From NCBI GenBank assembly GCA_964035545.1, contig OZ037765.1, positions 27,775,504 through 27,839,503 of the forward strand: a DNA stretch of 64,000 nucleotides, read 5' to 3'. This DNA is from Bugula neritina. Its lineage: Eukaryota > Animalia > Bryozoa. The notes beneath the pieces were generated by a model that did not search any database, was not told the DNA's origin, and saw nothing but the letters and a program-made list of their open reading frames with translations. Shown piece by piece: positions 1 through 12,877 of the stretch; the first letter of the stretch is position 1, and each line of letters starts with the position of its first letter. Both the position numbers and the translations under genes were made by a program.

Positions 1-2567
1 TTACTTAGAGGAATTTAACTCTTATTATAATGTAATTATCTTCCAAGATATATTACAACATCACTACTTGGATGCATACAATGTCATATTTATATTGGCA
101 TCAACATAATTTTCAATAATTTCCAATCTATTAACTTGAGCATTATGATTGTGATTATTTTATAAATAAGGCGATGATTAGGCACTGTTGGTATTTTGGT
201 TCAATTTATTAATAGCTGTAACAGGCAGAGTTGTAAATATAATGGATATATCAAAATTCCAATGGGTATAGTACTCTAACACAACATTGATACTAATAAT
301 TGTAGCCACTTACTCTTAGAGTTAGTGAATAATGATACAGTCATAACAATCTGAATTTCAATCAGAATTAGAGATAGGCTGACTGCTTTATAATATTATA
401 GTTATGTCAAATTGAATTTATTCACTATAACTATACAATTTATGATTATAATTATAAATTAAAATAATTTAAATATTATATAATATATTGATAATTATTG
501 GAATCATAATTATATTTATTGTTATGATCATTATGATTATAATTATTTAATATTATCTTTGTTTGTATTTAAAGTTGTTCCTTAAATTTAAAGTTGTTTA
601 AATTTTATAAATTTATTATAATTATATTACTGTATAAGTATTGCTATTAGTATTAGTATAATTAAATTATTATAATTTATATTTTATTATTTATATTATT
701 ATTTATTTTACTTTTTATTTTAAGACCAGCAGTTCAAATTAATACTTGTGTCGTTTGTTTTATATTATAACTTACAAGTATAACTATTAACATAATAATT
801 TTACATTTGTTATTAGTATTACTATGAATATAAATATTTATATTAATATAAATATAGCTATTGGTATAACTTATACTTATAGTTATAACTAATATTATAA
901 GTAATAGTTTCGAAACTGATTCTGCTCCGTAACTGATACTGTCATATGATTATGATTATCATTATGACTGATAATAGTATTAATAAATATAACCATTGAA
1001 TATTATTAATAATAGTTCACCAATAGGCGACAGTCATAGACTTAGAGTTAGAGTGAGAGTCATAGACATACTCATAGTCATAGTGATAGACTAGTGATAC
1101 TCATAGTCATACTGATACTGTGATTTAGTTTCACTGATTCAGTTACAAATTTTAAAACTTGGTTTTACGTAGACAACTACTAACCTATAATTCATCACAA
1201 AACGGTTGAAAATCATCATTTACTGCATATTTAAGAGTAATTTTCTGGTAGTGTGGTCGACATGATAATTGAAATTAAAATAGGGAAAATAATTATTTTG
1301 TGATTTACAGCAAGTTACAAACTAGCGAAATGGAATAGTCCATTTGAAAACAGTCAAATTAGTTACCTTTCTTGATGTTGCGTAGCTAACGTTAGTTATT
1401 AGTAGCCGCCCGAAGAGTAACATTCATGTGATTTGAACTACGAATAACGAGAATCTGTGACAAACCCGCTTCTTAATAACTTTACGCGATATAAACTCAC
1501 GCTACAATAGGGCTATTTTGCCATCCCCACGTCAGAATAGGACACGGAGGGCACGCTCGCGGGCAAGTCTGGGCAAGTCCAAGACACCTAATATGACCAC
1601 TTTTACTTACATTTTTGTAGTGTTTTCGTATAAGAAATTGGATAAAATGCTGATAAAACAGTTGAAAAGCATGCAAACTTTTGCTCAAATGTAATAAATA
1701 ACCTGGAAGCTTACCGCCTTTAAGTTATAAATGAATAAGACCTGAACAGACAATTCCGAAAATAACTCTAACTGAAAAAGCATAAAATACAGAGTATGAA
1801 GTAATTTTATAAGACCTGATTTTAGTAACATAATTTGAGTGACTGAAAGTTCTCTCTACTGCATGGAGGAGCATTACATTCGGGAATGAAAGAAAGTAGC
1901 ATCTTTGCCATTTGCTAACAATTCCAAAATATAGCCAATAGAGATAGACTATAGATCAGGATGCCTAGCCTGTTGGCATTACAGATAAGGGCTTCATGAT
2001 CGCTACTAGACTGTGTCTAGACCAGCCAAACCACAAAACATTCTTTTCTAAAATTAGCAACCCAAAAATGGCAATACCCTGATTTTGTGACAGTATTAAT
2101 GGGTACTAAAATTTGACATTCTAAATACACTATCAACAGTATTGAGAAAAATGAGTGAAATCAACAGAGTTTGGTTATTTAGGGGAAGTTAGGTGCTGTC
2201 AGCTACAGATTCTCACAGTTGGCTTATTATGTTATTAGTAGGACAACCTGCACCACATAGTATTATGTCTAAACTCTGAACTATAAACATAACATACCAC
2301 TGCATAGAATTTCCTGTCCCCCCCTGCTGACACAAGGGGGAGGGACACTAGTCTATTATCTGCAAACTTTTATTTGCTGCTTTATTAGTTGGACATGTAC
2401 ATAAGCCTAAGGTTTGAGAGTTGATAAGGGGAAACTCTGTTGGTTTATGGTGGCCCTGCTGGCTGAGTAAACAAATACCTTGCTGTGAGTTGTTGTATTT
2501 CATTAACTGGTTACCCACTGCCTTTGATAGGACAATAGAATAAATATGTTTACATTGAGATACTGAC

Positions 2568-4253
2568 CTGTTACATTCAGGTGCTGCAGGTTGATACACC
2601 TAGACACCACTTCGCACAGGGCATTGTTTGTGATATTCCGGCAGCCATTTAATTCGAGCTGACGAAGTTCTGGACAGCGTTTGGATATGAGATGCAGGCC
2701 TTTATCAGAAAGTCTCACGCACTGTTTCAGATTCATGGATTCTAAGGTTAGACAGACGTGCGGTGTTTCATAGCTCAAGCGTCTGAGTAACAGTTTCAAC
2801 GCTTTATCAATATTCAAGTTTTCATCATTGATTTGTATTTTGGTCCAAAGCGACGGCTCCCATACCAGGTTGTACCACCTCGTGCACACCCGAGCACATC
2901 GGCAGAGGTGGTTGGTAGGCAGGTATGAGAAGATGTTTAGCATTGCTTCGTCTGGCAGATTAGCAATGCTTGTCCACATTCTTCCTTTCTTCTTTAAAAT
3001 GATATCATAGGGAGAGTCACGCCACTGTTGAGGAGGAGGGGGTGTCAGCGTAGACGCTGCCGCCCCTGCCACAATAGGAGAGTAGGCATAGTTCTTGCTA
3101 AGCAGTCGTGCTTCATGAGTCAGGAAATGCTGCGGCACGGCAGAGTCAAATATCATATCATTACTACTGCTAGATGAAGCGTAGCCTGGGTTTAGTCTGT
3201 TTGAACGAGCCTCATCAGTGTCAGGTGAAGAGGAACGAAACTTGTAGGTACTGAGACTAGAGTTACTGCTAGACGGAGGTCTTAGCCAGGTTGGACTATC
3301 ACTAGCTATTCCAGAACTGGACTCCAGGGGTGACTCTATCAGCTCCGTGATATCTGAAATGGGCAATAGCTGACTGCAAATACGTTTGTATAGAAGTCTG
3401 CTGAGGTCAGCATAGGCTGCTTATGGAGTCAGCATAATGATAAACAAAACATGGCAAGTTGGGAAAGAACAATAATTGTGGCCAGGTTGCCAAATAGCCA
3501 GTGATTAGGTAAATCATATTCGTTTCTGTTTGTTTTGGACAGGAAACTAGTGACATTTGCTTAATTAATTTGTACCATGTTATATCTCACATAAACCAGC
3601 AATTATTAGTATTAGAACTAAATTGATGGAGCCAACGTCATTGCAAAAAAGATTATAATACAATAGAGATAGATAAACGGTTTTATCAGCAAAGGGTGCC
3701 TGCAATACCATTGCAACTTGGCAGCACTGGAACACGACACTGTTTTATGTTTAACAAAATGTCTTTAGCAGAACTCTGTCTTTTGGCAAACAACCATTTC
3801 ATTAATATAAAAAAGGAGTAGTACAGCAGAAATTCACAAAGAAAAAAAAATACATCAAATATCAAAATGAGTTTTTACAAGGTCAGTGATTGCAGTCCAA
3901 CAGTTTCTAATACTGATAATGGTGGGTGCAGAGATTTGGATTTTTACTTAGTTTGGGTTTACAATATTTTGGTTTAACATTTGGTTTGGAAAGTAATGGC
4001 TTTATTTTACAAGAGGACAGCTTTTCAAAAACTCTAAACTATGCATCTGGCCTGCACCTAGTCGTGTAACTATTCACAGTGCATATTGTAGTAGAAGTAC
4101 AGTGTATACTAGATGTAGAGATATCAGAAACTGAATTGACCCACCTTTATTATGAACTATATCATTCATAATCTCATCCCAGTCTGTGAACATCTGTGGA
4201 CTACCTGCCATACGCGATGCTGTGGCCACACCTACAGTGCCGCCTTCGGCCAT
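2568..4253 (-). CDS. FBXL7: F-box/LRR-repeat protein 7, 5' part (exons 4253-4145 and 3416-2568; remaining LRR exon(s) lie left of the window)
   Basis: F-box LPDEAMLNIFSYLPTNHLCRCARVCTRWYNLVWEPSLW followed by LRRs (LSDKGLHLISKRCPELRQLELNGCRNITN...LQHLNVTG), closely resembling recalled FBXL7. ATG at 4253, donor AAAG|GTGGGT and acceptor AAGCAG|CC are phase-compatible (phase 1). Donor ACAG|GTCAGT at 2568/2567. Confidence 0.9.
3482..3730. mobile_element. Possible degenerate MITE in the FBXL7 intron
   Basis: Imperfect terminal inverted repeats CCAGGTTGCCAA (3482-3493) and TTGGCAGCACTGG (3718-3730). Internal CAATAGAGATAGA also occurs near 1937. No clear target-site duplication. Confidence 0.25.
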
Positions 4254-7200
4254 CTTGCTCTACAATGTGTCGAACACCAACACATGATAATATTGTTGCA
4301 TTGACCAGGCAACATAAATAAGGAAAGTAAATGAAAGGACTTGAAATTGTGTATTTTTATAGCCTATAATTCAACAGCTTGACAGAGAAATGAATTTATA
4401 TCTTGAAGAGAACATCCTGCCTTTTTGAACCTAAGAACATGACATGCAGTAGTCTGTTAACTGCAAGCATGTGCAATCAGAAGTTGTGGCTTCAGAAAAG
4501 GTTACTTTTATAGTATTATGCAATTAGCTTAAAATTTTGGTGCACCAAGAAGTTAGCAAAACACTCTTATGTTAAAAATATCACTTAGTAATGGGTACCA
4601 TAGAACTCTTAAAAACAGACAGTATATATAAATAGCAACTATCACTGTTCAATAACTTGAGAGCTAACCCAGCTAGAAGTTATAAGCATAATTTAAATTA
4701 AGACCAAAGGTTTATTTCTTACATAACTAAAATTTAGAATTGTCCATTGCTGGCCATAAGACATTTAGTGCAAAGCAACTATGCCTACAGCTGTTTCAAT
4801 TTCACTTTTAAATAGTTTAGTTACTTCACCAAGTCTACAGCACATTCACCAATACACTAATCAGTTTTCACCCACAATAACATGTCACCATCACACTAAT
4901 AACATGGTGATGGCATAAGTACAAGTATTACTATTAGCATTAGTGATTAGTCACACAATGATATTGATAGTGCTGCTAATATTTATATTGCATTTGTAAC
5001 TAACTAAACTACTTGCTAAACAATATTAAATTATATCCTTATCTTTTTTACATTGTAAATCACTAAATGATTTACTTTTTGTCATTTACTACAAAACTAA
5101 ATGCAATGGTCATACTGATAGTGACAGTAATCAGTAATGTCATGCAATGCCAATAGTGAAAACCCTAATGAAAATTAAATATTAATAATTTACTTTACTT
5201 TTAGAATTAGTGTAACACTTATACTTATAGTTATACTAATATAAGTATTATGTATGGGCTATACTAACAGTTATAATAATAACTATTAAATAATATAATA
5301 ATTATATTTAGTATTTACAATATTAATAATAATCTAATAGAAATACTGATACTCATTGTCTCATTAGTCATTACTAATAGTAATATTAATCACTATCAGT
5401 AATACTAATTGTAAATTGCTAAAACTAAAACTAAAAGTAAAAGTTAATGCAATCGACATTCTCAAACTCCAAGTGAACGTGAATACTTATACTTATAGTA
5501 ATAGTACTACTACTACTAGTAGTAGTAATGATATGACTCCAAGTTCAATACAAGCTTAACTTACTATAAGTATAAGTTTATAACTATAAGATTAGGTATT
5601 ACTATTACTTTTAGTATAGCTATAAGTATTATTATTACTATTAGTATTACCAGCGAACTTACCAATCACCAAGTCCAATGGCGAATGGGCAATGACACAC
5701 TCAAAGCGATCACTGAATCAGCAATGCTACTACTACTAGTACTATTACTAGTATAAGTATTAGTATTACTATTGGTAAAGTATTACTATTAGTATTACAT
5801 TTGCTGTTAGTATTACTAATAGTAATACTAATGCTTATACTAATAGTAATAGTAATAGCATTAACAATAAATCCCGCTACTCTCTAGGCTCCAAGTCTGA
5901 ACAGTGAACAGTAACACTAAGTCTAACTGGAAGTGTTGTTAGAGCTACAGGCTACTAGTACTAGTAGTAGTAGTAGTAGTACTATTAGTACTATAACAAT
6001 GAGTATAAGCACTCCGGCATGTTTATGTTGATCACCAGTTGACGTTCTTGTTTGACTAGTAAAACCGCTGGTTTTGGGCAACAGCAAAGCCAAAGACGTA
6101 CGAGTTTTAATGTACATATAATTATAATGTCAAACACAATGGCACTGGGTGACCGAGATGCTTGCAGAATGAGAATAAGTCGGAACGACACATCCACTCC
6201 AATATAACGGCTACTGCGCTATGCTACCTGTAACATACAATGCGGGAGGCAACTTCTAAAATACCAGAATGAAATTTGCATATTATTATATTAAATTGTT
6301 GACAATAAAAAAGCAAAGCTGTAGATCTACCATTGCAAACTGAGGACAAAATATTCAAGTCAGGTACAATATAGATTCTAGAGCCACAAATTCTATAGCA
6401 AACACTAATGTTTTAATTTTTACTGGCGGTTATAAATGGCATTCCTGCTGTTTACACAGAGTTCTCTTTTTTTGTATTGTACGGAGTGCAAAAACTTTTG
6501 GTAGGATAACTCTAAGGAGTACAGCAGGAGCCAAATGTAAATTGTGTTATTAACATACTGTGTAAATTATCTTTTCTCTGTACGTGATGAAGTTAGGCGC
6601 GGTTTTTCTTTCAAACAGCAGCTGTAAATAATAACAACTGTTTGCTTGTATTTTAAATTATTAAAAAAGTTTTATTAAAAAATTGTTTATATTCAAATAA
6701 TATTTAATAAATTTTTGAATAATAATAACAAACTTCTTGTTTACTCGAAACTGTGCAATATATAATCTATCTAAGGGCAGAATATCTATCCACAGTTCAG
6801 CTGAATTTTCATTTTTGTAGGTTACCAGTCACTAGAAGAAACTGGTTAGCTTTTCTATCTAATCATGATGGTGTTTAATTTTTAATGGCATAAATCAGTG
6901 GTTTAATTATGGCAATCATATTGCAAAAAGCATGGAAAAAAACTGAACTTCTACGATCAATCTATTGATAGGCTATGGTGCTTTTTAATGCGATAGCCAA
7001 CTCAAACTGTAGTTTCAGGTGAGACTCAGACTTTCACTTTCACTTTGGGTTTGTTTATACCAAATCTTATACACTAATAATTATAATATGCTAGTCCAAT
7101 GTTAATAGTAATCTCAAGAGTATTTGTAACAGCTAAACAAGTATTAATAGTGAAAACACTACTAGTAGTAGTACTACTAGTGAACTACTACTAGTAGAGT

Positions 7201-9958
7201 AGTACTACTACTATAGTATGAGTGTACTCAGTATCAGTATGAGTACCAGTACTAGTACTAGCTTTTTGTGTTACGTAATGTTATTACTGATTAGTGTTAC
7301 AGTCTTAGTCTGTTAGTGCTACTGTTGGTGTTACTGATAGACTTAGTGTTACATATACACTAGCTGACTGTTAGTGTTGCACTTTAACTTACAGTTACAA
7401 TAAATAACAGTTAGAGTTAGTGTTACCGTAGTTTCAGTTATAATTATATAATCTAAATCAGTTATAATTATATATTATAAGTTATAATATTACTTATAAT
7501 TACTGGGATTGTGTACATTGTACTGTTGGTATTAGACTTACTCTTAGAGTTGGTCTTAGTCACTAACTTTAAGTACTCACATGAACAGTAACTGTAAGAG
7601 TAAGGCTAAGTAACTCAGTAACTGTAAGTTTAAAATTCCAAGTCAGAAGTTACTGTAAGCTTTAAGTGTTAATTATACTGATGCACTACTGCTCGAATAA
7701 TATAAATGAATAGATATACATTAATATGTTTAATTGATATATTATTATAAACATATAATATACATATATAATTATTATATATATATTAAGTATAAATAAC
7801 ACCTTCAAAAACCAAGATGGGTTTACTTAAGACTAAACGACTTATTATTAGCTACTTGTGACTGATTATGCATTGCTATTAAAGTTTGTCAGTCATTACT
7901 TTTTTTTAAAATCTACTATAAAAAATATAGAACTATTTCTAGAATTAGTGCAAATTCAGTAGAAGTCTAAATATAGCAGCTGCTAGTCTATGAGCGCTTT
8001 TTAATGGGAATCCTTATTTTTATTGAGGAATTGCCATTGAAATGGCAATGTAGAGTATTTTAAACATTTTTAAAAATTGTCAGTTTTATAAAAAAAATTA
8101 TATTCTAAGACAGTGTATTTTGAGACTGAGTCTGAGTAAATAGTACTTCAAGACTAAAATAATTGTCTATTAGTTTTTGTTAGAAATAGTCGCAACTATA
8201 GTCAAAATACACATTTTTTGATGAATTAAGTTTTCAGATTTAGACAGAGTAAAGTATGGCTTATTGCTGCTTTACAATTTCTGTTTATAGACATTAGTTG
8301 CTTCTGATTTCATAACATGTACTTCTTATTGAAAACTATCTTTCAATAGAGACTCGTGATAAGCACAGCAATAAATACCATTTAGATAAGGACCTTTAAA
8401 TCCTAGTTACCTTTAATCATGCCAACTATATCTCAGTGATCTTATCATTAGGATGACAGGCTCAATGGTGAGGGAATATGTAACCTCTAGAATTAGGAAT
8501 TTTTTTTGTAAAACTTAACATTTTCAAATTTAAATAAAGCCTTTATAGTTTAAAGCCTAGATTCCTATAGGTGAAGTCTGTTTATTGGCATTTGTTGCTA
8601 ATAACAGTCATGGAGGTTAGAGCTAAAGCCGATAGCAGTGTATGATGAAATTAGGCTACAGGGTCTCACTTTAACTAATACTAGTAGATATGTTAATCCC
8701 ACTTGATATGATTATCTTATAATTATGCCAAGAAACTGAAGCACAGTACAAGTTAATTTGGCTTCAGGGAATTTAGACTTACCAGCTTGACCCTAAGAAT
8801 ATTGATTTAGCACTTTTGGATGAAACTTTGGTAGCTGCTTCATTTTTCATGTAAATTCATTTCTTTTGGTTGACCAGCTTGAACAGGAAATTTTTTTTAA
8901 ATCGGACCATTTTGAAATTGCCAAAGTTTTACAAATCGGTCTTTTAGAATATGCTTGAGTCACTAATTTGGAATAGCTTGTCAGGTTTCTTGAGAATTAA
9001 CTGCTACTATTGCAATCCTGTGTATATATTGATATCAGAATATCAGATAAAAACCAGCACTTATCTATAGAAAAGATTATGAAGTGCATAATGCTATTGT
9101 GTAGATAAATATCTACTTGTCTGTACATATTCTTGTTCTCAGGCAATACAAAGTAAAGCAGAAAGATGGATACTTCAGAAAACATCTAAAATGTACCAAA
9201 GAAAGCACTTTTAATAGAAGCTATTGCTATTCTGGTTCCATTGCTGTTGATAGGATTATGGAAATTGAGAGGTAACTGGGCAGGTTATATCTTGTTGAGT
9301 ACTAGATACTAGTTCTCTATTGTGTGCATTTCTTAGACTAGTTCATTGATCTCTTATACACAGCAGTTGATTATGGTGTCTGAATAGAGTTCTCTTATGC
9401 CTACGTAACATATACTTGGATTATGTAATGCATATGAATTGGATATAGACCGGCATTCACTACTCCTAAATGTAAATGACCTAAATAGTTGAGTATTTAG
9501 AAATAACTCGAATCCCATACCTATAGTTTGTCATCTATCTTCCTTAGTGATATTATCATGATTGATATTTAAAGAATTATTTTTGCAATTGATAGTTGTT
9601 TTAAAATAGTTCTTGTAACACATTCTATATTATAGAAAATTTAAATAGACTAGCTGGTTTTTTTTTAAATTCAACTTTGAAACTATGTGAATCAATGGTG
9701 ATTATAAATGACATTATTATAAAGATTTACGGTGCTAAATGCATTGTAGTTGCTTATTGTAATATGTTTTATTGTTGTACTTTCTCTATATAATGATATA
9801 TATAAGTTCATGTATGTTGATTTATTATTTTAATATAAACAGTTTCAATGTAGATACTTGTATCTAATAAATTCACAATTTTTTTTACAAAAAAGATACG
9901 CTATGGAGGTCTTACTCATCGAAATGTTTAGCAATTGATATTTTATGATTTCACCAGA

Positions 9959-10244
9959 TATTATGATGCATTCCCTGCTCTGGGAGCTTCACCATCGTCA
10001 CAATACTCTAGAAGAATGAGCTTATCGGCTTGTGCCACTGGTAGACCAGTTGAACATAAAGACTATACTAGGGCGCCAAATGGCAACCACCATATGTCTC
10101 TCACTTTCAAGTCTAAGCAAGGTTAGTATTATTTACCTTATTAGGAAATTATCCATCTAGCTTGGACATTTAACACTGATTATTGATTGGTTGTAAATCA
10201 TGAAGTTTGTGAATAGTTAGTAAAAGGTTAAAAAATGAAAATTT

Positions 10245-10279
<35 letters not shown>

Positions 10280-11777
10280 TGGAGAGAAGTTTCAATTTTA
10301 TAGCATCTTGGAATTTATTATATTAGTTCTAGAAGGTCAAAGAAATCTTCTATTAAGGCATCATGATGTGTAACCAGGCTTGAAGGTATTCTCTACTATT
10401 TGAGCATTACTGATGACTAGTATTCCTTAAATTTGACTTGCTCATCACTATTGTATATTGCATACCCACATGCTACATTGTTTTGTATTGTAATTTTCAA
10501 GCTGCTTAAACTATTCTGTCTTCTTTTCTTTGTGAAATTTTCAACTCAAAAGGCTGCAAACTTCATCAGGTGCATGCCTTGATATAACAAATCATGAGGA
10601 CATAACTCATATAGCCAACTATTTTTATGATCACTAGATGGATGAGAAATCATGGGCTTATATCATATTAATAATGTGGTTACTTTACTAATGGTAGAGA
10701 CTTTATATTAAACTGTTGAGAAATGGTTACCTTGCTAAATTATGTAAGATATTAGAATATGAAACTTATATTTAGGCATGATTTTTGTGTTCCTTGTATG
10801 TAGATGGTAAAGAAAATGGTGGTGATTCTGTTAAGCATGGTTCCCCTAAACCTTCACGAAAAGTGAAGAATTTTCACTCGCATAGAGAAAGTGGCTCTAA
10901 CAACAACTACAAGAAATCTTCAAAGGCTCCCAATAGATCAAAAAAGCAAATCATTACCTCTAAACATGCGATTGGAGATTCGTCTCCACCTAAAATAAGA
11001 CGAATACTGTCAAAAGAATCGAAACCTTGGAAAATATTGAAGGATGTCGAGGAGGATTGTAATGGAGAGGCGAAGCTACCAATAGCCACTAAAGTTACTA
11101 ATGTGGAGGACAACATTGTCCCTCAAGATGAAATAGAGCGCATGTTGAATCCGGTTACCACAGAACCAAGTGTCATTACTGCAGCTCGGTCTATATGGCA
11201 AGATGGTGAAGATGGTGAGGGTCAGGGTTGTGGTGCAGTTTCCAATCTGTGGCAGTTTGATTCTGACAGTACAGAACTAAGAGAGGCCATCTCTGTGGTT
11301 AGAGACGGAGAAGATGAATCATCTGATTTCGACATGATTGAACAAAGTTTAGCTTCTATTAAATTCTGTGAAAATATTCCAACTGGTTGTAAAGATTCAA
11401 AGTCAATGCAATTCTACGAAGATAATCCTTTTTCCTATCTAATTCAGCACACCAGTGTCTCTTCTGCACAGACTAACATCGACCCACAGCCAATGTCGTA
11501 TACATGCAAGCACTGTCACGAGAGTTATGAAATTGTCTTAGATGTTGAATCTGAAAAAATGAGTAAATCTCAACCATCAACTGGAATACTTGCACTAACT
11601 GACTCTCGGCTCAACTTTGACTGGTGCAAGTATCACCCACCTCCTTGGCTTTATCCTGATTTCCAAGCCCAAGACAAAACTGATAATCAGTTTGAGAAAA
11701 AAACCGGCTGTGACTGTGAATTTTGTAGACATCAAATTTGGAACTCAACTTGTCAGTGGTGCGCTACGCCACTCTAA
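9959..11777 (+). CDS. Uncharacterised protein, Ser/Lys-rich and likely disordered, with a Cys/His/Trp-rich C-terminus (exons 9959-10121 and 10804-11777; true start uncertain)
   Basis: 330-codon ORF in very AT-rich DNA. Donor CAAG|GTTAGT and acceptor TAG|ATGG join in frame (KQ-D-GKENGG). Family not recognised. Confidence 0.7.
10248..10278. repeat. poly(T) tract, 31 nt, intronic
   Basis: Seen directly. Confidence 0.95.
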
Positions 11778-12845
11778 GTGGAGTATATATTCAAAGTTTC
11801 TTTTGAATTTCTAAAGAGTTGGGTGACTTCATTGTATGTTGTACAATACATAGCATGCCGTAGCTTACTCTCTTTTGTGTTGCTTTTATTTATTTTCTTG
11901 AATATTTTATCATTGTTACTTATTAGATTTGGGCTATTTTCGTATAACTTTCCTGTGCCAAGATGAATTTTCAGAGTTTTTGTTTTGCTATATGTTCCAT
12001 ACTTGCTTCTATAATTGAGATATAACATTTTGTTCCAATAAGTTATAGAATTATGGATCAATGTTGAAGATGAATGCATCTTGCATATTATATTTTTGAA
12101 TTTAGTTTGGTGTAAACACTTTTTGTGTTTGAATTTTGGAAAAAAAGATTCCAATACATAAGGAAAGTTAAGAAAAATACCAATAGAGAACTATTTAATA
12201 TTCAATGGTGGGGTACCAATCATAGCTGTTGCTGCAGCATTAACCTCTGGTTATTGTGCAAGCTATGTTATCCATCATGGGAGTCTTGGAGGGAGGTAGA
12301 TGTTTGGGTATACCACTTAAATGGGTTAGTGTAATGTCAATATATGGTTTAAACTTTAAAATGAATAACTTCCATGTGTTAAAAGATTATTTTTTTAAAT
12401 TAAGTATAAGTATTCACTAAAGTATCATTTCTAGCATAGTAATATTTTCCAGTAAGTAGTGTCACTAATTTGAACAATATATATTTATTTTATCCAAGGG
12501 CTTGATTTCTTAACTATGTCTGTACATAGTCGAAAAAGTTTTGCTTGTGTTAACAATAGGCAAGCATGCATGAGGTCATTCAATGCATGCTAGTTAGTTG
12601 TTAAAATATCGAATTTTGTGCTTAATGTACTATAATGGCACAGCTGGGCAATAATGTGAATGTTTTAGGCTCTTAAACCTTAATCTGTCACTATTATTAT
12701 TAACATAAATATATTGATTCTTTTACTATCGTAATGATTATATTGTATATCAGTAAAATAATATAAATAGAGAGCGCGCACAAGTGATTTTATTTTTTAA
12801 GGACGTCAACTGATTGAATTAAGAGTTGTCTTTTCAACAATACAT

Positions 12846-12877
12846 GTTTCCCGAGCAACCGCCCTCACAATATGGCG
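12846..12877 (+). promoter_or_regulatory. RFX X-box-like site plus YY1-like motif in the probable kinesin promoter
   Basis: GTTTCC-CG-AGCAAC (12846-12859) approximately fits the X-box consensus; AATATGGCG at 12869-12877. Locally CpG-containing, followed by a possible donor (ATG|GTATTT, ~12946). Confidence 0.45.

Noticed and set aside
5923-6197. Small hydrophobic ORFs resembling a membrane peptide
   Set aside because: The Leu/Val run derives from (TAG)n/hexamer low-complexity DNA; no other coding evidence.
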